Part shown: piece by piece, positions 24,450 through 35,420 of the stretch
Position numbering within the stretch: the first letter of the stretch is position 1
How the letters are laid out: each line of letters opens with the position of its first letter
Assembly (NCBI RefSeq): GCF_036321535.1
Contig: NC_087436.1
Span: forward strand, 35,342,001-35,406,000
Reading direction: 5' to 3'
DNA from: Camelus dromedarius
Lineage: Eukaryota
DNA: 64,000 nt
Notes under the pieces: model-generated
The model's database searches: none
Seen by the model: the letters and a program-made list of their open reading frames with translations, nothing else
Told to the model about the DNA's origin: nothing
Translations under genes and position numbers: made by a program

Positions 24450-27400
24450 AAATGGAAAAGGGAAAGAAGACATTAAAAAGATTAGCAAAACTCTGAAAAT
24501 TACCAACTGGAGGAACCAAAAGCAGTAGAAAATTTTGGACTATTTTATTCAATCCTAATTGGAAACAAGAGAATATAACTGCTATGTGACAAAAATATGA
24601 AACTTATAGAAAGCACAGATTGAAATGAAAATACTGTGAGAAGAGAATGAAAAGAAATTAAGAGAGATTAAAGAGAATGAGGTGAGAAGAGATTGCAAAG
24701 GAACAAAAAATGCAATACTTAAAAATGGGAAAGGATAGTCTTTTCAACAAGTAGTATTGGGAAAACTGGATATCCATATGTGGAAGAATGAAACTAGACA
24801 TCTATCTTACACTGTACACAAAAATCTACTGAAACTGCAGTAAATATTTGAACATAAGACCTGAAGCCATATAACTCCTAGAATAAAACACAAGGAGTGT
24901 GCTCTTTGACCTTGGTCTTGGCAATAATTTTTTAGATATGACACTAAAAGCAAGGGCAACAAAAGCAAAAATAAATAAATGGGACTAGAGCAAACTAAAA
25001 AGCTTCTGCACAGCAAAGAAACCCATCAACAAAATGCAGAGATAACTTATGGAATGGGAGAAGACATCTGCAAGTCAAATATTTGATAAGGAGTTAATAT
25101 CCAAAATAGATTTAAAATCTTGTACAACTAAATAGCAAAACAAACAAAGAAACAAACAAAAACCCCTGAAGAATTCAATTAAAAAATGGACAGAGGTACT
25201 GAAAAAACATTTTTCCAAAGAAGATATACAGTTGGCCAACAGGTACATGAAAAGGTGCTTAATACACTATAATCATCAGGAAAATGCAAATCAAAACCGT
25301 AATGAGCTATTACCTTACACCTGTTAGGATGACTGTCATCAAAAAGATAAGAAATAACAAGCGTTGGTAAGGGTGTGGAGAAAAGGGAACTCTTGTGTTG
25401 GTGGGAAGTAAATTGTGTAGCTATTATAGAAAATGATATGGAGGTTCCTCAAAAAAATTAAAAATAGAACTACCATATGATCCAGCAACCCCATTTCTGG
25501 GTAGACATCCAAAGAAATGGAAAACAGTATCTAGAAGACACACGTGCACACCTCTATGTTTACTGCAGCATTATTTACTACAGCCAGGCTGTGGAGATTA
25601 AGTGTCTATCAACAGATGACTGGATAAAGAAGATGGAATATTATTCTGCCCTACAAATGAAATCCTGCCTTTGTAACAAGGATGAATCTTGAGGGCATTA
25701 CACTGAGTGAAATAAGTCACAGAGAAAGATGGCTACTGTATAATATCACTTACATATGGAATTTTAAAAAACCAAACTCATAGAAACAGAGATTAGAAAG
25801 GGGCTGAAAGATGGAGGGAAAGGGGAGATGCTAGTTAAGGATTACAAACTTTCAGGTCTAAGATAAATAAGTTAATAAATAGCATAGTGACTGTGGCTAA
25901 TGATACCGTATTATACACTTGAAAGTTGCCAAGAGAGTAAATCTTAAGTGTTCTCACCATAAAAAATAAGTGATAATTATGTGATATGATGCAGGTGTTA
26001 GCTAATACTAAGGTAGTAATCATTCTGAAATATATGTGAATCAAATCAACATATTGTATGTTGATTTATATTTATGTTATACATATGCATATCTGTCTAT
26101 ATTTATACAATGTTATATATCAGTCATATCTCAATAAAGCTGAAAAATGCAATATTCAAATAAAATGAATATTGGAGTCTAAATTTGCTTTGTAAAAACT
26201 TGAATGAATCCTAATGACATGGAGGACAAAATTTAAAAGTCCCTCCAAACTACAGAGGAAAAAGCAAAATGTTTGGATTTTGAAGATTAAGTAAAAAATT
26301 CTCAAGCATCCAGGGAATTAAAATTATAATCTATCAATAAAGAAATAAAAATTAGTAGGCTATCATACTTCTTATCTGTTATATAGAATGCCAAAGGCAA
26401 TAGACTAATGTTTTAGAGAATTTGGGGAAAAGTATCTTAATCCAAGCTTTTTATTAATGATTAATTGTATTTCATAACAAAACAAAAAGACATTATGAAA
26501 TATGTGAGCACTTAAAAATATATTAGCCACCAATCCTTCATGAAAATATTACTTGAGGCACATTATTGCCAATTGAAAGCTGAACAAAAATTAAGTATTT
26601 AGTATATTAGGATGTGGCCATAACTTTGGGGGTCATTATCAGCCTGCCACACTACAGTGAAAGTAAATTGTTAAAATTCCACTCATTAAAAGAAAGAAAA
26701 AGCAAATTTCAAGTTGACATAAAATTAAATATAAGGATTTAATTTCTTTTCTTCTTAAGAATAAAACTTTTTTAAAGTGATTTGCTTTTTAAGAAATAAA
26801 TCCACAAGGATGGAAAGAATGAAGGAAAAAGAGTAAACAAGAACATTTCCAAATCAAGAAATCAGATGACTGAATGGCACTTTATATACAGATTCAAGAC
26901 AGAGAGAACTAAAGCCAGAACTGGGGAGAGCTCAGAAACAAACCAATTTAAAGAGGAAAACGTCTGAAAAGCTTCAGCATGCAGCAGAATCAGGTAAGTT
27001 TAGAATTGGAGTGAAGGATGCAGTGTTAAAATAAGATGAAAGTTGGAAGAAAGACATTTTAAGACATTAAAGACATTCGAGGACTAGTTAGAGCCCTAAA
27101 GCCCCGGATAGCTTCTCCTACTCCATGACTTTAGGTGGTTACTCTTTCTGCATCCCTAAAGAAATCCTAAGTTTTAATGTCCAGAAAAAGTAAAATAGAA
27201 ATTATCTGGAAAGGAGGATTCTAAGCACAAATACCTTTGTACTTAATGAAAACAAAGAATTGTTAGATGCAAACTGTCATTATCTCTCGGCTCACCCTGC
27301 AATGAAGTTTGAAGCTGGCAATCTCATCCACTTGTCGAATGTTTCCAATCACTTTTACTCCCCCATTCATAATCAGGTTCAACACCTGAATAATAGGGGT

Positions 27401-28020
27401 TGAAAGAGAGGAAAGGAATATAGAAAAACATAGCGATGTGAGGGAGAAAATCATTAATAAAATAATTTAAGATAATATCACAATATAGAATGATATGAGT
27501 TTCTAAAACAGAAGGGCCCACTTCGTGCCCAAACCAACATTTGAGAGCAGACCACAGCAAAGCATATCACTGTAAAATTGTACAGAAATGCAGACAAGAA
27601 CTTAATAGCTTCCAGAGAAAAAAGAAAAAAAGAAAAACCTAGCAAACAAAAAAGCAGGTCGCATTTAAAGGATCAGGAATCCAAATGGCCCCCACACTCT
27701 ACCATTAACAATCAGGAACTAGCAATAATGTGGCAGTGCTTTCAAAATACAGAAGGAAATTTACTTCCAACTTGGATTCCTATAGTAGGATCTATTTGAT
27801 TCAAAATAGCAATCAAATAGAGGAAGATTAGAATAACAACATTTTGAGCCATAAACAGTCTTTGAAAGATCTCACCTTCCTCTCTCCAGAAGCATCAGTG
27901 GGATGCTCTGCCAAAATGAAATTGAACACAAAACAGAAATACAAGAGCAGTAGTAAATAATGAATCCAAAGTAGGAAGAGAAGTGAGGGAAGGAAATGTC
28001 CTGGATATTTCTGAAGGGAG
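24450..28020 (+). mobile_element. HAL1/old L1 ORF1-like fragments (host of the younger L1 at 24718-26142)
   Basis: ORF1-like relics: 'aaattagtaggctatcatacttcttatctg...aatgccaaaggcaatagactaatg', 'cagaagggcccacttcgtgccc', 'aaaggatcaggaatccaaatggc', 'gcagtgctttcaaaatacagaaggaaa'. Confidence 0.6.
24718..26142 (+). mobile_element. 5'-truncated L1 (L1MA9-like 3' UTR): ORF2 C-terminus plus 3' UTR, with a candidate TSD
   Basis: 'ggatagtcttttcaacaa...gggaaaactgg', 'aaaagcttctgcacagcaaagaaa', 'gaactaccatatgatccagcaacccc', terminus 'ctcaataaagctg'. AAAAATGCAATA flanks both sides (24706-24717 and 26143-26154). Confidence 0.92.
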
Positions 28021-28296
28021 CAACAAGTCTAGATTTCATGGCAAAGCCCCCCTGCTCTTTTCATGTGTGCCAACATTCAAGCACATGGAAGTCAACAGTC
28101 CTCATTGTCAATGATGAGGTTCATATTGGTGATGGCCTAAATCTGAGATTAAATAGTGGAAAATAAAGACTAATATGCATGGTTGCAATGATGCCTGCTA
28201 TCTCTCTTTTAACCAACAACTTGACAAACCTTTTGATCATCAAAGACTACAGCACAGAGGAAAACACAGATCTTCCCACTGAATGAAATTCTTACA

Positions 28297-28765
28297 CAGT
28301 ACATTTCATCAAATCTAAGAGACTATCCATTGCAATTTGCAATTCATATAAGGAGAAAGAATAAACAACCAAGACTGAGAATCTAATTGATGACACACAC
28401 ATACAGCTATAACCAAACTGCTACATCCTCACTAGTGGGTAAATGAAAATTAAACCCAATAGGCAGAGAAATAGCAGGAAAACTAGCATGTCTCAAATTT
28501 GACACGATCTGGAAAGGGAAAAATCATCTCCTACTGGAATTCGAACCACAAGCCAGTACTCATGTAGGCTTTGTGGACTGAATTCGCATCACTGATGTTG
28601 TTCAAAAAAACCAAAGAGTTTTAACCTCGGTAATTTAATTTGAAGTAGTGTCAGGTTGATAACACCTCAGGTGACTGGCAGAAGCAAATGTAAGTCCTCT
28701 TGAGAAGAACTCAATTTCACTTGATTGTAAGATGCATCCTAATTTCACACTTAAAAATTGAACAC
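28297..28765. mobile_element. MER104/Kanga-like (TcMar-Tc2) relic pieces surrounding an old L1 5'-region fragment (~28440-28715)
   Basis: 'atttcatcaaatctaaga' near 28300 and 'gattgtaagatgcatcctaatttca' near 28723 resemble MER104. The intervening 'ctggcagaagcaaatgtaagtcctct' resembles L1ME 5' sequence. Confidence 0.45.
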
Positions 28766-28919
28766 ATGACACATGGTATGTAAAGGCTTATAAATGTCTA
28801 GATGTCTCAGAAAACATGTAAGGGGGCCCCATACAGTGAGATGAAGTTCCATCTAGTGAGAGGAATGAGTTGTTTATTTAGCAGAGGGAGTATGTGAAGT
28901 ACTCCTTCTCTTTTCCGCC

Positions 28920-29443
28920 TTTCTTAATTTTCTATGCTGCTTTAACAAATTGCCACCAATTTGGGGGACCAAAACAGCACAGGTTTATTATCGTACAATA
29001 TTGTAGGTCAGAAGTCTGAGAAGGTCTCACTTCTCACCGAGTTAAAAGCAAGGTGTCAGGAGGGCTGCTTACCTTTCAGCAGGCTCCAGGGGGAAATCCA
29101 TTTTCTTGTCTTTTCAAGCTTCTAAAGGCCACATGTATTCCTTGGCTTGTGGTCCCCTTTCTCTGCTTTCAAAGACAGCAACATCTCATCTCTCTGACTG
29201 TCCATCTATCTTCAAGTCTCTCACTAACTGCAGCCAGAAAACACTCTCTAGTTCAAGGATTTGTATGATTAAATCAAGCCCATCCAAATGATCCAGAATG
29301 ATCTCCTCATCTCAAGGTCCTCAACTTTAGTCACACCTGCAAAGTTCCTTTATCCATGTAAGGTTACGTATTCAAAGGTTCTTGAGATAAAGATGTGGAC
29401 ATCTTTAGGGGAGGGAGAGGAGGAGCAATTTCTCTGCCTACCC
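28920..29443 (-). mobile_element. MLT1C-like MaLR solo LTR
   Basis: 'gctgctttaacaaattgccacc...ggtcagaagtctga...catctcaaggtcctcaactttagtcacacctgcaaagttcc...ccatgtaaggttacgtattc...gatgtggacatctttagggg...ctgcctacc'. Confidence 0.9.
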
Positions 29444-29524
29444 TATTGTTTCCTTTGAATTCTGTAATTTGTGGTGTATTACTGACTCAAGAATGGAAAA
29501 AAATAATATACATTCTCTGACAAA

Positions 29525-30070
29525 GAAATTATAAATGCCCCTTGACTTTGCAATTTCAGTTATAGGATTTTATAGATACATTAGTAACAGGGAAAGAAGG
29601 GTATATAGAAGGTTATTCACTGCAAAATTGTAATATCAAAACACTGAAAAGAACCCAAGTGTACATCTATGGAATGGTGACTAAATTGTGCCTGCATACA
29701 AAATGGAATTCTAAGCAGCCATTTGAAAGAATGAAGAGACTCATTATGTACTGATGTGGAATAATCTATAAAGTTAATTTTAAGGGAAGAAAAAGGCCAG
29801 ACACAGGAATAATATGTGTGCCTGTGTGTTCATGTGTGCAAAATAATGTATGTCTGTACACTGGCTTACAGAGTCATAAATTATCTCTTGAAAGATACAC
29901 AGGAAATTGATAACAAGAGAAACTGATAAGCATGTCTTAACAAGGGAAAACTGGATCCAGGAGGTAATATTAGGAGGAAGGCTCTTCACTATATACCACT
30001 GTGTACATTTTAGATTTTGTGTCATTTGAATGCATTGCTCATTTTAAATGTTTTAATTTAAAATTAAAAA
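29525..30070 (+). mobile_element. Old L1ME-type 3' end
   Basis: 'cccttgactttgcaatttcagttatagga', 'gttattcactgcaaaattgtaatatcaaaacactgaaaagaacccaagtg', 'aatggaattctaagcagccatttgaaagaatga'. Confidence 0.75.
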
Positions 30071-30089
30071 AAAGAACACTCAGATTGCC

Positions 30090-31200
30090 CTTTAAAACAT
30101 AATCCAACAATCAGTTATTTAAAATAACTGTATCTTGAAAATAATACAAATCATTACCAAGAAAAAGATACTAGTATATTTATGAAGTTAAAAAAAATAA
30201 AAAGAAAACCAAGAGGCAGTATTAAATCAGACAAAGTAGAAATTAAGGCCAAATTCCAAAATCTAGAATAGAAGAGTTATTTTACATTGTTAGAGTTAAA
30301 ATCCTCAAAAAAATGTGACTCTGGAAGCAATGTGTCAAGTAACAAAATGTTGTACATGTGCATTTATGGACCATACAAGTCTTTACCCATAAGACAAAAA
30401 GAATTTGAAAATAAGGAAAAATTGACAGTATTACTATTTCTGAGAAAGGTCTGAAGCATCTTTAACCCTTGTAGAGCAAATAAAAACTATAAACTCAGAA
30501 AATTATAATAAATTGATAAGATTTATTTGACATACACAATTTCAAGTGTGTTCTTACTCTATGAACTTGAGGGGGAAAAGCCTTATAGAATATAATCTCT
30601 TTTGCGAACTATACTATTGCACAACGGAGAATATTTTGTAATTATTTGCACCTAATGAGATCTGTGGTGTACCCGACAGCCCTCAGAAAGCTCCCACCTC
30701 TGTTGAAGTTAAGATACTCTGTGGACAACTAGGTCTATTTACTTCCCAGTTACCGTTTCCTGATCCTCTAGTTTTATGACATTAAGTTTATGACAAATGT
30801 AGGCCTCAGAAAAACTGAAAAATACTATATGTTATGTAACTTCAGGGACACTCATAAATGTCAATAACATAAACATTAGATAAGAGAATGCCAAGAATCT
30901 GGTGAATACGAACAGTGTATGCACAGATAGCAAATGCACATGGAGGGCAGAAAAGTAATCTCAGATAAATGACCTAAAGTGGAATTTGCACAGTCTTTCT
31001 CCTCTGGCCACAATGCAATAAAGGACAAAGCCAAAACTAAACAAATAAAGGACAAAACCAAAGCTAAAACATAACAAAAGTGAGATGATTTTAAAGACAA
31101 AGCCAAAGTTATAAAATCCTTTATGATTAAAAAAAAAAAGAATGAACGTAAGTATATCAGCAATCAATTTTAGAAAATTTTAAAGCAATAATAAACAATC
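30090..31200 (+). mobile_element. Very decayed L1 ORF2 (endonuclease region) fragments
   Basis: 'gcagtattaaatcagacaaagtagaaattaaggcc', 'tctcctctggccacaatgcaataaa'. Interrupted by unassigned sequence at ~30550-30950. Confidence 0.5.
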
Positions 31201-31229
31201 TCCAGGGAATTAGGAAGAAGAAGAAGAAA

Positions 31230-31435
31230 TTTAATATCTATTGAGTGCCTTTTCAGACAAAATCCTAATTATTTTTCATACATTATCTCATTTAATCATG
31301 AGAAAACATTTAGGTCCACTTGACAATTAAATATATGTATACATTAGAATACATTTAAATAATTTACCTGAGTGTACAAACATAGATAAAGCTAGAGATT
31401 TCTTACCCAATTCTAAGTCCAAATTCTATATTTTC
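31230..31435 (-). mobile_element. MIR fragment
   Basis: 'tattgagtgcct...tacattatctcatttaatc...ttaaataatttacctgag'. Confidence 0.55.
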
Positions 31436-31980
31436 CTTTCTTGAATCAGTCTCAACTTACTGTCATTTTAAAATGTGGGTTGCTTTTTCCATCTGTTTTC
31501 TTTATTTTTACCAGAGAAGCTTCTTATTTTTTATGTATTTTTTATCCTATGGACCTTGATTTGGATATTTAGTCTCTTCTGATAATTCCTCCTTTATCTC
31601 TCAGCTGTTACAAAGATTTATTTCCTATTAGAAAAGCAGAGGGCTGATGTCAGAGGGCTTCTGTGTTGCATACTAGCTATTTCTGGAGGAAAGTAATTAT
31701 TGAGTACATTTGTGATGCATTTCACATATGTTTGTGACAGTACAATTGCAGTAAGTCTTGTTTTTAAGTGGACTTTCTTTCAACAAATGATGTGTTTTAT
31801 TCTGTTTCCCCTTTCCTGAGTTTTAATGACCACATCCTTCAATGTAGAATTATGTTCCAACTTCCATTTTGCAGTCTAATGCCAACCTCCATGCCTTTTC
31901 TTCAGCTCTGCAGAAAATGTGATATGTTCTCCCCCAGTCCTCAGTCTCAAATATCTCCACATAGAGAATATGAGAATAAA

Positions 31981-32034
31981 GGATGGATGATGGGTGGGCA
32001 GGACGGATGAATGGATAGATGAATGGATGGATAG
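31981..32034. repeat. Degenerate (GGAT)n microsatellite
   Basis: 'ggatggatgatgggtgggcaggacggatgaatggatagatgaatggatggatagat'. Confidence 0.8.
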
Positions 32035-32779
32035 ATCTGGCATACTTTCACAGTTTATTTTTGACCATTCTCAAAGATGAAGTTATTCATTATAATCTGG
32101 CACTGCAAACATTGTATACCAATAAAAATATTTTAAATTATTTTTCCTCCAAGTTTAGGAAATATATGGTCTCATGAAACTACTATGATAAATGACATAG
32201 AAATAAGATATCTTGAGCCAAGGGTTCAATTTTCAGTGTGCTATGCACATGAAATTTTTTCACTATAGTGACTAATTTTAGTAATATAACCAAAATTATA
32301 TGTAGATGAGGTTAAGAGTAATTTGGCTTTATAAGCAATGTTTTTCCAGTGAAATGTTCCTTCCATTCAGGTGAAGAGACAAGAATCTGTTTTCAAGTAT
32401 TGCTCTGTAAACTGCTTCCTCAACAGCTTGGTACAGGTGTTATCAAGAAAAAGAACATTGCAGGAAGCAATTCACTACTGAACAAGGGAAGGTATTACAA
32501 GATTCTTGATAAAATATGGTCTTGATCCAGAGGCAGGAATGGACCTATGAATCATCAAAACCACAGGAGAGAAAATTGGATTTTGCTCATGAAGTTGCTG
32601 AAATGTGGCATTATCAGACATGCCAGTCTATGGGGCCAAAGCTTTCACAGTTATCTCATTGTAAAATACATACACTTTTTTTCTCAAGTACATTTAGTAC
32701 TAAACTTTAACTAAAATCAGCAAGTGATGTTATGAATTTCCATCTATTTAGGGTAATAACTGAAAACAACTGAAGTTTT

Positions 32780-32866
32780 AGGAAAACCATATGCAATTGT
32801 GAAACGGCACGTCAGGGAATTAAACACCGAAAATGACGTTATACTTAGTGTGGTTTTCTCAGGAAG
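32780..32866. promoter_or_regulatory. Putative enhancer motif cluster (NFAT-like, two CRE half-sites, RUNX, STAT6-type)
   Basis: GGAAA 32781-32785, CACGTCA 32808-32814, TGACGT 32834-32839, TGTGGTT 32849-32855, TTC-N4-GAA 32856-32865, in non-repeat DNA with several retained CpGs. Confidence 0.3.
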
Positions 32867-34439
32867 CTAGGATGGGGAGGATTCTAAGTATACTTGTTTC
32901 AAAATAGATATTTGTATTTTCTGAATTTGTTGAAGTGAAAAACATGGGAATCAGTAGAGCATCTCTGATAAATGCTGGTGTGACTTTATAATTAATGAGT
33001 CTGTTCAAACTGGCAATATTTGGCTAATATTTTCCCTACGAAGAAGGCAATGTTTACAGCACCCTAATATGTCCTACAATGCATTTTCAAATCTAGCAAA
33101 TGACCTTCATACCCACCTCTAAAAAAAATATTAGTTATTTCCATATTTGGTAGAAATTGGGTATCAACTCTCCTGTATCCAGAACCCCTGAAAGCACTAG
33201 ATGGGGATAAATCTGTCATTCTGTGACAAGAAAGGATAAGAGTTATAAGCATTTTACTAGCTCTAAGAGAAAAAATCAGGGATAAAAACAGAGAAAAAGA
33301 AGAGAAGAGGAATAAGAAAATCGGAGGAAAAGCGTTTCTGAAAAATAGCTACATCTTTAAAATAAGTTAATTTTTTAAACTATAAGAAAGATGAGCTCAT
33401 GAGTGGTAATGATACGAAGATTTAAAGGAAACTCAAGAAGGAAAGAACTGGGGACATTTAGGATCAAACTGGAGCTCTTGGGTGGTGGTTCTTTTCAAAC
33501 TGGCCTCTGCTTGCCCCTAAAGGATTTGAGAGTTAGTGATTTAAGGCTATTATTTCTTTACAAGCCTCATGAGATTAAAATACAATAGAGCCCAAGAAAT
33601 AGCCTGGGTGGGACGTGGGCATATGCACTCATTTCCTAGTTGCATTCAGGTGAGAGAGCACCTGGCTGTTGTGAGCCATTTTATAGAACACCATAAAAAA
33701 TGAACTTATTAAACCAAATAATTATCAAACTTAAATAAACTAAATGTATGTTTGTGCTAAATCAAATACTGTGTTAGATGTGAGTGTAGGGAAATGAAAA
33801 AAGTTATTGAAAAATTGAAAAACATAAGTTCATTTTTGGTATTTCCTATTCAACCATTGCCCTTTACTTGATTTTTACAGTAAAATAACCTGACCTAGTT
33901 CATAAAATACTAGAGTTCTATGGCATCTGAGTTTCAGGACAACTCTCCCAAAGCACCTTCTTCAAAGGACTGTATGGGAATTTAAAATAATAATTTATAA
34001 AAAAAAAAAAATTGCTTTCCTGTCATAGATTTTTTTTTAGGGTTTTGCAATTTTTGTTTTAATTGGAAGGAAGAGTCCCCTCTAAAAATATGCCCCTTTT
34101 AATAAGGTTTTGAGTTCTAAACAAATAATAATTATAGAGGTATTTTGATAGCTAACTGTAAAACAGAAAAAAGTTCCCCTTATAATGTATCTCTTCCCTT
34201 TACGAACTTTAAATTGGATAAGAGGGTTTATTTAACTTAGAGGTTCCATATCATTTTCTTCTCTCTTTTTTTCCTAATTTATAACCTCACTTTGAAAAGT
34301 TGGCTGCTCAACTTGCTATTTTTAATGTGAAGGAAACTAAACAAAGGCTCTTACAGTACTGCTCAAATATCTAAAATATTAAACAAAAGTCTATTGACAC
34401 AGAGAAATAACCAAACAACTGCTAATGATTTTCCTATAA

Positions 34440-34620
34440 TTTCCGTATTTTTATCCTATTTTTCCTAAAGCGCTAGCCAAATTCCAGGGGATGTTTTGGT
34501 TTTCTCACTCTGGCCATTGGAACGGAGCTGTGGAGCACAAGCAGCTGCAGCTCATTTGCAGCAGGAGTGTCCCCGCAGCCCAGCCGGCCAGAGAACGGGC
34601 GCTTCTCTTCCGCGACTTTT
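34440..34620. promoter_or_regulatory. CpG microcluster, putative promoter or enhancer
   Basis: 9 CpGs by my count, 6 of them within 34574-34614, in otherwise CpG-poor DNA. Also CCAAT on the minus strand (ATTGG 34516-34520), a CAGCTG E-box and an ETS core (CTTCCG 34607-34612). Confidence 0.4.
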
Positions 34621-35321
34621 CTGAACTCTTTTAATCAGTGCATGAGAAAAAAACAAAGCAACACAAAAAACCCTCCTGAGGTGATTGTAAGAAAACACAA
34701 TGGTAGTAGTTTAAATGGAAAAGAAATTGTGTTCAAGTAGGCAATTATATCAGACAAGTAAAGATCACATTTAATTAAATGATCTCCTTCTGTCCAACTG
34801 GGGTTTACTATTGGCAGACAAAGAGATTACTCTGCTCTGAGAGTCTAGTCAAATATATAACAAAGGAAAATATTCTCCAATTTAGAGTCAAAAGGCAGTT
34901 ACACTGCCATGTCTTGAAATGGGCAGTAAGATATCTTGATTTGACAGATGTATATAGTCATTCATGTTTCTAATTAAGAATTTTGGGGAGGATCAGGGCT
35001 CTCTCCTTGAAGCTAGCACTCTTTTTTTCTTTCAAGTGTCTTATATGGCATTCCTAAATGTCTTCTTTTCTGCTGTTCTACTGTGGAACATTCAGTGTTT
35101 CTCTGTATAGATAAGAGCCTACATTTCAATGTGTCATGCAAAAAAAAAAAAAAAAATCCCCCCAAAACAATACCCCTATTATTACCTGGGTGTGGACTGG
35201 ATGCTCTCAGTACATTGTTTTGGCTATATTGCTCTTGGGCTAAATCACTATTTTCAATCCACCGAACCATAATGGAGAAGAAGGAGTGCAGGAAAATCAA
35301 GACTGTGGACACAATACTTAC

Positions 35322-35420
35322 ACCCTCAGCCGCAGCCCTTGTAATTTAACAATAACAGAACCGCATTAATAGTGTCTTGGGCTACAGCAGCGCAGGTCTT
35401 TGGTACAGCTTTTATGACCT
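35322..35420 (-). promoter_or_regulatory. Candidate TATA-like element plus short non-coding first exon
   Basis: Minus strand: GGTCATAAAA (35410-35419; TATA-like and HOX/CDX-type), ~90 nt with 3 CpGs, then GAGGGT|gtaagt donor (GT at 35321-35320). Confidence 0.25.

Noticed and set aside
31017..31110. Repeated 'aaaggacaaagccaaa' units as a spaced repeat array
   Set aside because: Only two to three degenerate A-rich copies inside an L1 relic, consistent with slippage.
12969..32817. Shared 11-mer GCACGTCAGGG at ~12969 and ~32807
   Set aside because: Many 11-mer matches are expected by chance in 64 kb, and the flanks do not align.
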